Source: a virus (taxonomy: Duplodnaviria; Caudoviricetes). Taken from it: 64,000 bases of DNA. A model generated the notes under the pieces. That model made no database searches and was not told where the DNA came from. It worked only from the letters and a program-made list of their open reading frames with translations. The position numbers were made by a program, and so were the translations under genes. This document shows positions 52,427-61,963 of this stretch, one piece after another. Within the stretch, counting starts at the first letter, position 1. Every line of letters begins with the position of its first letter. The stretch covers positions 457-64,456 of the IMG/VR virus record IMGVR_UViG_3300045282_000294, one strand, 5' to 3'.

Positions 52427-52566
52427 CCGGAAATGGAAACGCCGCGGGCGCTGTTGCTCATTATTGCGACCACGGCGGCCATTGCCGGGGCAGCGGCCGG
52501 CTTTGTTGGTTTCAAGATTGGGCAAACCCCGCCGGCGCCTATCGTTATTCAACTGAAGTGATAAAA

Positions 52567-52950
52567 ATGACCAACGACGCCGAACTTGCCGCCGCGCTGG
52601 CTGAACTCAATCGCAAGCTTGATACGATTATCGCGCGGGATCGATCTATTATCAATTGGCCGCAACGGATTGATGGTAAGAGCACGGTCCCGGAATTGAA
52701 CAGTTATCTCAGCAATATCGGGTATGCGCTCGCTCGAGTTCGAGACCATCTGCAAGCGCTTCCATTACCCGATCCGATTGCATTCCCAAAATCGCATGCC
52801 CCGCAAGAGCGGCGAGCAAACCTGTACTATTGCTCGTTCTGCGGCAAGTCTCAGGAAGAAGTGGCGAGGCTTATTGCGGGCCCGACGGTGTTTATTTGCA
52901 ACGAGTGTGTTGCCCTCTGCACCGAGATCGTTGCGGGGCGCGCCGAATAA
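52567..52950 (+). CDS. protein with a ClpX C4-type zinc-binding domain
   Basis: [31 protein letters not shown]. Confidence 0.8.
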   Translation: MTNDAELAAALAELNRKLDTIIARDRSIINWPQRIDGKSTVPELNSYLSNIGYALARVRDHLQALPLPDPIAFPKSHAPQERRANLYYCSFCGKSQEEVARLIAGPTVFICNECVALCTEIVAGRAE

Positions 52951-53027
52951 GCAATGCCAGATCGGGCAAAACAATTGGGGCGGCCCCGCCAAGGCCGTCT
53001 AATCACCCCAGATATCGGAGTAATGAG

Positions 53028-53402
53028 ATGAAGATTACTACGAAGATGGAGGAGTACCGTTTCCGCGATGGTGATTATGGCAGCGATCCCGGTGATCAAT
53101 CATACGGCGCGTTCTTTATGCCTGGACCATGCGGAAGCCCGCTCATGATCATAGCTACTACCGCTGTCAATCCTATGACTAAAGGCTGGGAGCACGTCAG
53201 CGTCTCACTCGACCGAAGGCTGCCGAACTGGATCGAGATGTCTTATGTGAAAGATTTATTCTGGGAACCAGAAGACGTGGTGGTGCAATTCCATCCGGCC
53301 AAATCTCAGTACATCAACTGCCACCCGAATTGTCTTCACTTGTGGAAATTCAACGGGCCGATGCCAATGCCGCCGCCAATCCTGGTCGGACTAAAGTCAT
53401 GA
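53028..53402 (+). CDS. conserved phage hypothetical protein
   Basis: GWEHVSVS..R.PNW.EM..VKDLFW..NCHPNCLHLW. Confidence 0.6.
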   Translation: MKITTKMEEYRFRDGDYGSDPGDQSYGAFFMPGPCGSPLMIIATTAVNPMTKGWEHVSVSLDRRLPNWIEMSYVKDLFWEPEDVVVQFHPAKSQYINCHPNCLHLWKFNGPMPMPPPILVGLKS

Positions 53403-53783
53403 GATCGGACATGAGGATTGATAAAATGGAAACGCAATTTGAAATTCATAACCGAATAGTCGGTGAAATTGTAAAGGCAATCGTAAAGCCTCCGATGGAT
53501 GCTGGTGGACAATTCACGGACGTTCTTGTAATCTTGGAAAGCGTTATCCTCGGCGTGATGCTCGTTGCTGTAAAACTCGGCGGCGACGATTTCGCCGAGG
53601 CTGCCCCGCGGCAGAAGCCTGTGGCGAATTACACCCCCATCGCCATGACCGATGGGAAGCCTGTTGTTGTCGCCCAGATCAGGCAGCCTAGGCAGTGCAC
53701 GACCACACGACCACGTGCGACAGTTATCCGCCCTACACGTGCCGCACAACCTGCTACTGATACGTTAAGGCACACAAGCAAGT

Positions 53784-53813
53784 GGGGCGGCCCCCGCCAA
53801 GGGCCGCCCCTTT
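53784..53813 (+). terminator. putative intrinsic terminator
   Basis: GGGGCGGCCC/GGGCCGCCCC 10-bp stem followed by TTT; related copy near 52977. Confidence 0.45.
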
Positions 53814-54186
53814 GTCATTGCCGCTCACCACACGCCGGAAAGCCCGTGGGGAGCGTGCAAGGACGAACCCCTTTGATAGCATCCGGCGCGGATGATTGTC
53901 AGCGGCAGATTTGCTGCCAGCCGTTGCCGTTCCATTCCCAACGGCAATCGGCATGGGCGGCAGACACAAACGACGTGGCCGTGCCAGCGAGGACAGCGAG
54001 AGCGAGCATCAATTTACGCATGGTCGGTTCTTTCCGGTTTCAGCCGGGCATGATTGCCGGGCCATTGTTCGTAGCGTGAGCTTGCAGCCCGGGCTTGTCG
54101 GATCGTGCCAAAATTTTGGTTTTTCGAGTCTTGCGGCGCAACGGGGCCCGATGTTGAATTGATCCAACCGGAAAGGATCTCCACCA

Positions 54187-54507
54187 ATGGAACCTGAACT
54201 CGCCGCCGCGCTGGCGGTCATCGGCGACAAAATCGACGCGCTGCGTTTCGAGATATTTGCGCGGTTTGAGACAATCGATATCAAGGTAAGCGGCGTGCCG
54301 TTGATAGCAGAGGCGACCCAGGACTTAGTAGAGGCGACCCAGGACTTACGCCGCGAGCTGAGAATGGTGAAGGCCGCCATCAACGACATGGCGCGCGTCA
54401 ACATCACGGCCGGCGAAGTCGAGGCCTTGCACGAGGAACTTGATAAGATTGCCAACGCGCAGATTGACATCAGGGCGCGGCTGTCGCTGCTCGGGCAGGC
54501 AAAGTGA
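54187..54507 (+). CDS. coiled-coil hypothetical protein
   Basis: GAAAGGA RBS; internal 21-nt duplication (EATQDL x2). Confidence 0.5.
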   Translation: MEPELAAALAVIGDKIDALRFEIFARFETIDIKVSGVPLIAEATQDLVEATQDLRRELRMVKAAINDMARVNITAGEVEALHEELDKIANAQIDIRARLSLLGQAK

Positions 54508-54598
54508 CTCAATCGCCCAGGGAAGCCCGCTGACTCGTTTTGGCGGGGCGAGGGTACCCAACCAGCCCGCGCCGCCCGCCAGCGCACCAGCGGGCTTC

Positions 54599-54784
54599 CT
54601 ATTGGTCCTCGTCGGTCAGCGGCACGACCTTGAAGCCGCAGAGCCACAGCCAGGCCAGGAAGCGATCGCCGGGCACCAGCTCCGCGTCGATGAAGTCGAG
54701 ATAGCCGGTGTCGAAATACTCGCGGACGGTTGCCAGCACGGCGTTTGGCGGATCGGGCGCGGGGAACGGGATCACGTCGGCCAT
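54599..54784 (-). CDS. hypothetical protein
   Basis: coupled ORF; DRFLAWLWLCGFKVVP. Confidence 0.5.
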   Translation of the reverse strand: MADVIPFPAPDPPNAVLATVREYFDTGYLDFIDAELVPGDRFLAWLWLCGFKVVPLTDEDQ

Positions 54785-55152
54785 TATTGCGCCTCAGGTT
54801 TGTCGGTTATGGTCAGCGGCCGCAGATACTTTTCCCTAACTGTTCGGCTGTACGGCCGCCATCGGTCTTTTACAAACTGTCCATATTCAGGTTTCTCGGG
54901 AATGATCTGCACCGGGGCATTGAAGTCCACTGTTCCCACGAAACTGTAACCCCTGTAGCCCTCGTCCTTTTGATAATGGCGCCTGATGTAATTAATATGA
55001 GAGGTGGTTGGCTGTTGCAGGGCATGCGACAAGAGGTGACATTCCGCGACCGAAAGTTTTGGCAGTTGGATAAGGGCTTTCTCAAAGGGAGTCAGTTTCT
55101 TGCGCAACCGCTGCTTGCGCGGGCGTTTTAGGGGCTTTGTATTGCGCTTCAT
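54784..55152 (-). CDS. hypothetical protein
   Basis: AAGGA RBS after the helicase gene. Confidence 0.4.
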   Translation of the reverse strand: MKRNTKPLKRPRKQRLRKKLTPFEKALIQLPKLSVAECHLLSHALQQPTTSHINYIRRHYQKDEGYRGYSFVGTVDFNAPVQIIPEKPEYGQFVKDRWRPYSRTVREKYLRPLTITDKPEAQ

Positions 55153-55164
55153 CCTTGTCGCTCC

Positions 55165-56640
55165 TCACAACGGCTCGAACCGGCAGCTGAGCTTGTCGTA
55201 GCGCAGCGTGACCTTGCCGCGCTCGCCGGCCTGCTCGAACCGGGACTTGTCGATGTAGACGGCGGCATTGGTCGTGCCGTCATCGACCCGGTGGATGATG
55301 ACGCCGTGGTCGGGTTTGTTGAACCAATGCGCAGAGCCGTCGCAGTCATACAGCGTCGGCCGCCGGTTCTTGCCCTCGCGCCCGACCTCCTTGGTGGGAT
55401 GGCACACGACGATCACGGTGACGTCGTGCAGCCTGGCGAAGCGTTTCAGCGCCCGGATCGCGCGGCCGATGTAATCCGTCATGGACTCGTACTTACCGCG
55501 GCAGTGCTCGACTTCGTTCCAGGGGTCGAGCAGCAGCACCCTGACCCCGTCCCGCAGGACCGCATCGACCGCCTTGTCGATGATGAACTCGAGGTCGAAG
55601 TCCTCGTCCACCCGGCCGGTCGGATCCGACCCGATGAATCTGAAAAAGTAATTGATGAAAGCTTCGGGGTCGCTGTCGTCACCCTCGAGGATACGACGCA
55701 GGCGATCGCGCAGGTAGGGCACCGTCGGCATTTCCGGGCTGAAGACGACCGCTTTCCACTGGTGCAGCCGCGCGAGGTTGCAAAGCAGGTGGAGGGCAAA
55801 GCTCGACTTGCCGTGGCTCGGAATGCCAGTCAGCACCATGAACTCGCCGGGGATGATCTTCAGGTGCGGGTCGAGGATCGGCCAGCCGGTCGACACCACC
55901 TCGAGCGTCTGGGCATTGGCGGGATAGTCCGACAGCCGGTAGAGCCCGCGCACGGGATAGGGCTTTGCCCCGTTGAGCACCGCGGTCACCGCCTCGGGCC
56001 CGTGCTGCATCACGACGTCGTTGAGATCTTTGCATCCGGCGGGGTATTCGACGTGGCAGCACTTTGCGGCGGTGAGGCGCCGCACCAGCTCGGCGGCGAG
56101 CCGCTGCCCTGGCGGGTCGTTGTCGACGGCGATGATGAACCGGCGGATGCGGCGGATACGGTCCCGATGGTGAAACAGGTACTCGTACTTGCCCGTGCGG
56201 TCTCTCTCAGTGTCGAGGGGCCTACCATCATCATCATCATCCTCGCCGGAATGCGCCGGCGGGGCTCCGGAAGGTACCGAGACGGTGAACGGAAAGCCGC
56301 AGTCAATCGCTGTGAGCGCGTCGAGCTCGCCCTCGGTGATGATCAGCGCCTGCGACCCGTTCTCGAGAGCCGGATCATCCAATACATCGGCGTTCCAGAA
56401 GACCTGGCGTGCCTTTCCACGCGGCCATTGCCAGAACCGCTTCTGCGGCCCACGGAATTTTTCATTGACGACCGCACCGTGTTCACTAAAGGGGAACACA
56501 ATGATGTTTCCCTGCATGTCGGGGACGACAACCCCGTTCCCATCCTTCTTAGCGGTATATGTTCCGAACCGGGCGGCGGTTTCCGGGCTTATCCTTCTGT
56601 GCTCGAACGCGGCTATACCGATCGGCCCTAACGTCTTCAT
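55165..56640 (-). CDS. TOPRIM primase - DnaB-like helicase fusion (T7 gp4/Twinkle-like)
   Basis: IITEGELDAL, AVDNDPPG, KDLND; GIPSHGKS, LLDPWN, VCHPTK, GSAHW. Confidence 0.88.
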   Translation of the reverse strand: MKTLGPIGIAAFEHRRISPETAARFGTYTAKKDGNGVVVPDMQGNIIVFPFSEHGAVVNEKFRGPQKRFWQWPRGKARQVFWNADVLDDPALENGSQALIITEGELDALTAIDCGFPFTVSVPSGAPPAHSGEDDDDDGRPLDTERDRTGKYEYLFHHRDRIRRIRRFIIAVDNDPPGQRLAAELVRRLTAAKCCHVEYPAGCKDLNDVVMQHGPEAVTAVLNGAKPYPVRGLYRLSDYPANAQTLEVVSTGWPILDPHLKIIPGEFMVLTGIPSHGKSSFALHLLCNLARLHQWKAVVFSPEMPTVPYLRDRLRRILEGDDSDPEAFINYFFRFIGSDPTGRVDEDFDLEFIIDKAVDAVLRDGVRVLLLDPWNEVEHCRGKYESMTDYIGRAIRALKRFARLHDVTVIVVCHPTKEVGREGKNRRPTLYDCDGSAHWFNKPDHGVIIHRVDDGTTNAAVYIDKSRFEQAGERGKVTLRYDKLSCRFEPL

Positions 56641-56836
56641 GACTGCCGCCCTTCCACCCGCAGTGGTTACAGCCCCAGCAAACTCCGTCAGGTTCGATCG
56701 TGACGCCCAGGCATTTCAAACGGCGATGTTGCCGCGAGCGTAGGTCCGAGCACTTCGGGCAGGTCGTGTAGTAGCGTCCTGGTTTCGTCGAGGGGACCCG
56801 AATGTGGTTGGTGCGTAGCGTCTCCTCGATGGTCAC
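56549..56836 (-). CDS. stand-alone primase zinc-binding domain
   Basis: TTCPKCS..WGCNHCGWKG immediately upstream of, and overlapping, the primase. Confidence 0.65.
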   Translation of the reverse strand: MTIEETLRTNHIRVPSTKPGRYYTTCPKCSDLRSRQHRRLKCLGVTIEPDGVCWGCNHCGWKGGSHEDVRADRYSRVRAQKDKPGNRRPVRNIYR

Positions 56837-57279
56837 CCCGCGCTGCGTCCGCGCCGCGCTGCGTCCCAAGCTTCAAGAGCGTCGGCGTGTTTTAGCTTGG
56901 CGTGCCCTTCGCGCCGCAGCCGCCGAATGTTGTATTCCACATCGACGGTACTCATGTGCTCGAGAAGCACATACTCTGGCTCGGGGTTATCTTTCGATCG
57001 TGCCGACGGGTATCGTTTTTGCAGGTCGGGAAACATCTCGTGCTGATCGCTGGGCGAGTCATCGTCGTAGGTTTCAAATCGTTTGCGTAATTGCTCGCGG
57101 GCGAGTTGCCGCAAGTGCATGTGGCAGCCGCCGAATACAAGTTCGACCGAACGCCTGCCTGGGTCGAGTTCGCGCATGGCCTCGGTCGCAATCCATGCAG
57201 GGCTGATTTTGACCGCGCCCCCACGGATATCCACAATGCGCGCAACAAGCGCGGCTAACGCACTTTCTTCCGCAGTCAT
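56833..57279 (-). CDS. hypothetical protein
   Basis: ATGA-coupled ORF. Confidence 0.5.
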   Translation of the reverse strand: MTAEESALAALVARIVDIRGGAVKISPAWIATEAMRELDPGRRSVELVFGGCHMHLRQLAREQLRKRFETYDDDSPSDQHEMFPDLQKRYPSARSKDNPEPEYVLLEHMSTVDVEYNIRRLRREGHAKLKHADALEAWDAARRGRSAG

Positions 57280-57869
57280 GATGGGGCTCCAATCTGTTTG
57301 AGCCACGCCGAAAAGCGCGGCGCGAGCCGGTGAACGTCGTCTTTCATTTCGGGGGTCATGGTGGACATCACCTCGGCTGGCGACTTGGCGAGCCACTTCT
57401 CGCTGCAGAAGTCGCGTAGCCGACCCCAGAGCCAGAGCGCATCTTCTGAAACCGGGGTTACTTTCGACGGTGCGGTTGTTCTTAGAATGCCGTTGGTGGT
57501 TGGCTTCGCCGTCTTGTCGCCGAGTGCGGCGTCGAACTCATCGTCCGGCACATCAGCGAGCTTCTGCCACTTTGAGGACTGATCCTTTGAAACGCCGAGC
57601 TCTTGCAGAGTACCGGTCGTGTCGGTCGACCGGTTCTTTGGTTGCCCGCCTTTGTTCTTCTCCATCGCCTTGAGCAGTTGTCCTGCCTTACGCTCGGCGC
57701 GCAGGCGGATTTCGCAGGCATAGCACTCAGCGTCGGTATTTTTGGCTTGGCGGGAATACATTTCCCACGCCAAAGCTTTGTCCCGTATGTCTTTGACCTC
57801 GTCGACCGCGTGCGCTTCCGTGATCGCGCGGCACATCGCGTCGTACCGGACAAGTGCGGTGGCCCTCAT
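57276..57869 (-). CDS. hypothetical DNA-binding protein
   Basis: ALVRYDAMCRAI..DEVKDIRDKA..RAERKAG..LGVSKDQSSKWQKLA. Confidence 0.55.
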   Translation of the reverse strand: MRATALVRYDAMCRAITEAHAVDEVKDIRDKALAWEMYSRQAKNTDAECYACEIRLRAERKAGQLLKAMEKNKGGQPKNRSTDTTGTLQELGVSKDQSSKWQKLADVPDDEFDAALGDKTAKPTTNGILRTTAPSKVTPVSEDALWLWGRLRDFCSEKWLAKSPAEVMSTMTPEMKDDVHRLAPRFSAWLKQIGAPS

Positions 57870-58282
57870 GAGGTTACCTGCTCGACTTCGACTCTCAGCG
57901 AGGGTCTCTCGCCGTAGTGTTTGGTAATGCGCGCCTCGACAATCTGCTTGTCGTCCCGGAACACCACCTCGTTGAGTGCATCGCTTAGCTTCAAGATGTT
58001 GTCGCAATCGGGCTTTGTGGTCGGCCGGAGCGCGCCGCTCAGCGCCTGCGCCTGCTTCTTCTTCGACCAACTCTGCGGCACCGGCACCGTGGCCGTCATG
58101 TGCAGGACCACCGCGCAGTCGAGTGGCGGACTGCCATTCATCGCGTCCTGCGCCGCCGCACGCAGGAGGTTCTCGTAGGTGCGTGTCTCAGCCGGCGTGT
58201 AGGCGACGCCAGTTCCGCGCGCGAAGCGCGGGCGGCCCTTGCCCATGGGCTTGCCGGCGACCTCGATGATGATGCTGGGCAC
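57866..58282 (-). CDS. rusA: RusA-family Holliday junction resolvase
   Basis: GKGRPR..KPDCDNILK..DALN..DDKQIV. Confidence 0.85.
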   Translation of the reverse strand: MPSIIIEVAGKPMGKGRPRFARGTGVAYTPAETRTYENLLRAAAQDAMNGSPPLDCAVVLHMTATVPVPQSWSKKKQAQALSGALRPTTKPDCDNILKLSDALNEVVFRDDKQIVEARITKHYGERPSLRVEVEQVTS

Positions 58283-58288
58283 AGCGCA

Positions 58289-58678
58289 TCACGCTGCCGC
58301 GAATGGCAGATCGCTGGGCTGCCCGAGTGCCGCCTGGCCTAATGGGGTATCAGCAAAGTCCCCGAGCGCCACGCGGATGTCGTCGTAGCCGACGCGATCC
58401 TCGGGCTCGAGGTCTTCACGCACCGCGTCCGCCTTGGCCTCAAGTGCGCGCGCCTTGAGGACTGCCTTCAGCGAGCGGCGGGCAATGCCGGCTTCGTTGG
58501 CCTCCTGGAGCACCTCGTTGATGTCGGCGCGCAGGGCCCTGCAGGTAACCATGCATTCGGCGCGCTCCTTGAGGATCTCGGCGTGCAGCCGCTCCACCCG
58601 CTCCACGTAGTTCACTGGGTCGGCGCGGTTGTGGCCGGCGGCAGCGGCTTGGTCTTCGGTTTTTTTGCGCTTGGGCAT
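58289..58678 (-). CDS. GapR/DUF2312-like nucleoid-associated protein
   Basis: GHN..YVERVERL..DINEVLQEA..G..LKAVLKAR. Confidence 0.55.
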   Translation of the reverse strand: MPKRKKTEDQAAAAGHNRADPVNYVERVERLHAEILKERAECMVTCRALRADINEVLQEANEAGIARRSLKAVLKARALEAKADAVREDLEPEDRVGYDDIRVALGDFADTPLGQAALGQPSDLPFAAA

Positions 58679-58923
58679 TGGCGGCGTCTCCGTTGGGGTG
58701 GCGGTGGCTGCCCGACGGCCCACAGGTCCGGCCGCAGCTCCCAGACCGGGATCTCGCCGGCGGTCGCATGGTGGATGGCGCACGCCATCTCCGCGCTCAC
58801 ACGCCCGCGGCGAAGTGCCTCGAAAATAGCGTTCTGGGACGATCCGATGGCCAGGCCGAGCGCGGATTGGGTGCCCCCGGCCAGACGGATCGCCCTCTGA
58901 AGCAGGCGACGGATGTCGGGCAT
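58612..58923 (-). CDS. Cro/YdaS-like HTH regulator
   Basis: AIRLAGGTQSALGLAIGSSQNAI..ELRPDLW; divergent from the repressor. Confidence 0.75.
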   Translation of the reverse strand: MPDIRRLLQRAIRLAGGTQSALGLAIGSSQNAIFEALRRGRVSAEMACAIHHATAGEIPVWELRPDLWAVGQPPPPQRRRRQCPSAKKPKTKPLPPATTAPTQ

Positions 58924-58929
58924 ACACAC

Positions 58930-59037
58930 AATATAAACACGCTTGCGTGTGAGCGGTCAACGGCCACACACATTAACTTGGCTTTTGCTCCATTGCACTT
59001 CGAGCGAATCCACATTATTTCTGACACTTGTACGTGT
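58930..59037. promoter_or_regulatory. cro/cI divergent operator-promoter region
   Basis: ACAC-N6-GTGT palindromes at 58937 and 59024; TTGACC on the minus strand at 58960-58955. Confidence 0.6.
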
Positions 59038-59114
59038 TAAGGTTAGTCCAAAATACTGATATTGCGAAGGAAGCTAACAATGGACAAGAACGAGGGGGGG
59101 CGCATTTGGGAAGT

Positions 59115-59786
59115 ATGCCCGTGTCAATGCCGCCAAAGCCACTCCAAACCCCCGGGGGGCTCATCCAGCTCCTGCGCAAGCAGCGCGGGTGGTCTGAGGA
59201 ATACCTTGGTAAGCTAGTGGGGACCTCGCAGCAGCAAATTCATAGAATAGAAAAGGATGAAATAGAACATAGCAGATACTTTACTCGTATAAGAAGGACC
59301 CTCGGCATTACCAAGGAAATGATAGCCAATTACCTAACCAAGGGGTCAGAATTTGTCCTCATGGATTTGCCCCTTGAGGATGAGCCGAGTTTACCGTTAT
59401 ATCCCACGCTCGGGCGGTTAAATCAGAATACTTGGCTCCGACTGCAATGTTCCATTTGTAAAATTATAAGGCCTCCGATGCTCAAGGGGCACAACTCCGC
59501 ATATTCCCTGTTAATGCCGGATGACAGCATGGCACCCGAGTTCCGTGCCGGGGACACTCTTTTGGTGCAGCCCTCTCAGCCGATACAGCCGGGCAGGAGC
59601 CATGTCTTCTCCAACCCAGACCTGCATTTTAAGGTGCTCCGTTTGGTGAGTGTCCAAGACGGCCATTACGTCGTAAAGGCCCATCATGGGAACAATTCCG
59701 GCGACGCTTGCGAAGGCAAGCTGTTGACCGAAGAATGGCCCTACGTTCACTTGATTGTCGGCTCCTACATGCACTACGAGCCATAA
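59115..59786 (+). CDS. CI-like repressor (XRE HTH + S24-like domain)
   Basis: LRKQRGWSEEYLGKLVGTSQQQIHRIE; DDSMAPEFRAGDTLLV. Confidence 0.8.
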   Translation: MPVSMPPKPLQTPGGLIQLLRKQRGWSEEYLGKLVGTSQQQIHRIEKDEIEHSRYFTRIRRTLGITKEMIANYLTKGSEFVLMDLPLEDEPSLPLYPTLGRLNQNTWLRLQCSICKIIRPPMLKGHNSAYSLLMPDDSMAPEFRAGDTLLVQPSQPIQPGRSHVFSNPDLHFKVLRLVSVQDGHYVVKAHHGNNSGDACEGKLLTEEWPYVHLIVGSYMHYEP

Positions 59787-59798
59787 AAACACAAAAAC

Positions 59799-59849
59799 AC
59801 ACGGAAGAGTGTTTCCATCCTTGACAGCCGTCACACGGATGGGTGTAAT
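59799..59849 (+). promoter_or_regulatory. early promoter with two operators
   Basis: TTGACA (59821) -17 bp- TGTAAT; ACAC-N6-GTGT at 59799 and 59833. Confidence 0.7.
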
Positions 59850-59960
59850 AACCGGGTGTACCTCACGCGCATGAGGTTCCCGATGCCACGTCTTCGCAGC
59901 ACACCAATACGTCACACCCCCGTGCTGCTCCGGACGGACGCCCGCGCCTGAACCGCAAAA

Positions 59961-60248
59961 ATGGAGGAAGGCATGCTCACGGATGCCGTGAAGGAGGCTG
60001 TCCGCATCGAGGCCGTCCGCACCATCGATGGCCTGTTCCTCGAAATCGCCGAGACCGAGCAGGACCACGATATCGATGGCTTTGTCGAAGAACTCTGGAC
60101 CCTGTTCGGCGCCGGCGAGTTGCGCCTGATCGTGGAGCCAGTCTACGACGCGGAGGAGCGCGAGCGCGTCGCTAAGGAAAACAGGCCGATCGTCGAGGCA
60201 CGACGGGCGGTGCTCGCGATCGCGGCGCGACTACCAACAGATCATTGA
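59961..60248 (+). CDS. hypothetical protein
   Basis: first ORF after the promoter. Confidence 0.5.
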   Translation: MEEGMLTDAVKEAVRIEAVRTIDGLFLEIAETEQDHDIDGFVEELWTLFGAGELRLIVEPVYDAEERERVAKENRPIVEARRAVLAIAARLPTDH

Positions 60249-60266
60249 CCGGGAAAGGTTGGGTTA

Positions 60267-60476
60267 ATGCCCGCGACGACAGAACGGCGCTTTGACAAGG
60301 GCGATCGGGTCGAAAAGATCGGTGGCCGCTATGGCGGTCCTGGTGTGATCGTTGAGGTGATCGAGCTCGAGCCCGGCGTGGTCACGTATGTCGTTGCCTA
60401 CAAGATCGAAGGCGGCTGGGGCACCCTGCTGTTGTTGCACACGGCAAGCAACCTGCTGGAGCGCGCGCAAACATGA
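60267..60476 (+). CDS. small SH3-like hypothetical protein
   Basis: FDKGDRVEK.GG.Y..G. Confidence 0.5.
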   Translation: MPATTERRFDKGDRVEKIGGRYGGPGVIVEVIELEPGVVTYVVAYKIEGGWGTLLLLHTASNLLERAQT

Positions 60477-61408
60477 ACCAACAAATCACCAAGCCCGGCA
60501 TCTATCAGGACTTCCCGGTCGACGCCTACTTCGCCGATCCGTGCCCGCAGCCGTCGCTGTCGCAGTCGATCGCCAAGATTCTGATCGACCGCTCGCCGGC
60601 GCACGCCTTCCTGGCGCACCCGCGGCTCAATCCCGCGCCCGCGGAGGAGGAGAGCTATACGAGCGCAAAGGCGATCGGCAACGCCGCACATGCCTTCGCC
60701 ACGGGCCGCTCGCGCGACATCGCCATCGGCGAATGGAGTGATTGGAAGAAAAAAGAAGCACAGACCTTTCGCGACAGTGCGATGCAGAGCGGCCTCCTGC
60801 CCATCCTGCGCAAGCACGTGACGTCCGCCGAGGCGATGGTGCTGGCGCTACGTCAGCAGCTCGACGCCGCCGGGCACGCGCAGGCCTTCGCCGCCAGCCG
60901 GAGCCAAAGCGAGGTCGTGCTGGCCTGGGAGGAGGAGGGGATCTGGTTCCGAACCATGATCGACTGCATGGCCGCGAACAACATCTACGACTTGAAGACG
61001 AGCGCCATGTCGTGTGCGCCGCATGTCGTGGCGGAACGGCCAAGCGACGCCGGTTGGGACATACAAGCCGCCATGTTCGAGCGCGGCCTTGACCGCCTGG
61101 ATCCGGAACAGGCCGGACGACGGGAGTTCTTCTTTGTAGCCCAGGAGAACGAGCTGCCCTACGCGCTCACCGTGGTGAAGGTCAGCGAGGCCGATTTGAC
61201 GATGGGCCGGAAGAAATTAGAGCACGCCGTCCATGTCTGGCGCGATTGCATCACCAGCGGGACGTGGCCGGCCTACCCCGCAGAGACGGTGATGTCGCAT
61301 CCGCGCGGCTGGAGCGAAACGCAATGGCTGGCGCGAGAACAAGACTATGAGGCCCGCCGCCTCGGGGACGTAGCCAACACCGTCGTCGACCGGTTGATGG
61401 CCGGATAG
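60473..61408 (+). CDS. PD-(D/E)XK exonuclease, RecE/exonuclease VIII-like
   Basis: PGIY..Y..LSQS..G.AAH..E..R..D..DLKT..QAA..FVAQE..PY. Confidence 0.8.
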   Translation: MNQQITKPGIYQDFPVDAYFADPCPQPSLSQSIAKILIDRSPAHAFLAHPRLNPAPAEEESYTSAKAIGNAAHAFATGRSRDIAIGEWSDWKKKEAQTFRDSAMQSGLLPILRKHVTSAEAMVLALRQQLDAAGHAQAFAASRSQSEVVLAWEEEGIWFRTMIDCMAANNIYDLKTSAMSCAPHVVAERPSDAGWDIQAAMFERGLDRLDPEQAGRREFFFVAQENELPYALTVVKVSEADLTMGRKKLEHAVHVWRDCITSGTWPAYPAETVMSHPRGWSETQWLAREQDYEARRLGDVANTVVDRLMAG

Positions 61409-61412
61409 CAGC

Positions 61413-61871
61413 ATGAACGCTGAACAATATTATTCCGCTGTGGTGCTGGCATTCCCGCCCACACCACCTTTGCCGGCACCGCCGCCGTTCGAGGGCGACG
61501 AGGACCGCATCCGGTGGATGAACGAGCAATGGCTGGAGCGCGGCAATTTGGTCTGGCCACCACGTCCTGTCATGCTGCTCAGACTTGGGTCTGCGGCCTT
61601 TGGCGTTAGCCAGGCGGCCATGGTTTCACCTAGTCGCATGCCATCGATTGTCCAGCCCCGCCAGAAAACCATCGCCTTTGGGCGCATCGTTTTAAACATG
61701 AGCTTGGCGTCGCTCGGCCGCACCTTCAGGCGGGACCACACAACGTCGATTTACGCCATCCAGAAATACCGGGCGCTGGTCGAGCGGGCGCTTGGTCTTC
61801 ACCGGGCTCGCCCGGAAAACAGCGAGAGTCCTGAGCCCGGACTGGCCACAACACCGGGCTCGCCCGGGTAA
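61413..61871 (+). CDS. protein with a DnaA C-terminal-like HTH; C-terminus runs through two repeat copies
   Basis: PRQ..SLASLGRTF.RDHTTSIYA. Confidence 0.6.
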   Translation: MNAEQYYSAVVLAFPPTPPLPAPPPFEGDEDRIRWMNEQWLERGNLVWPPRPVMLLRLGSAAFGVSQAAMVSPSRMPSIVQPRQKTIAFGRIVLNMSLASLGRTFRRDHTTSIYAIQKYRALVERALGLHRARPENSESPEPGLATTPGSPG

Positions 61872-61963
61872 TAGCGAGAGAGCAGGGGACCTTGTCACGA
61901 CACCGGGCTCGCCCGGACAAAGCGAGAGCGAAGAGCCGCGGGAGTGCGGCGGAGGCATACGAA

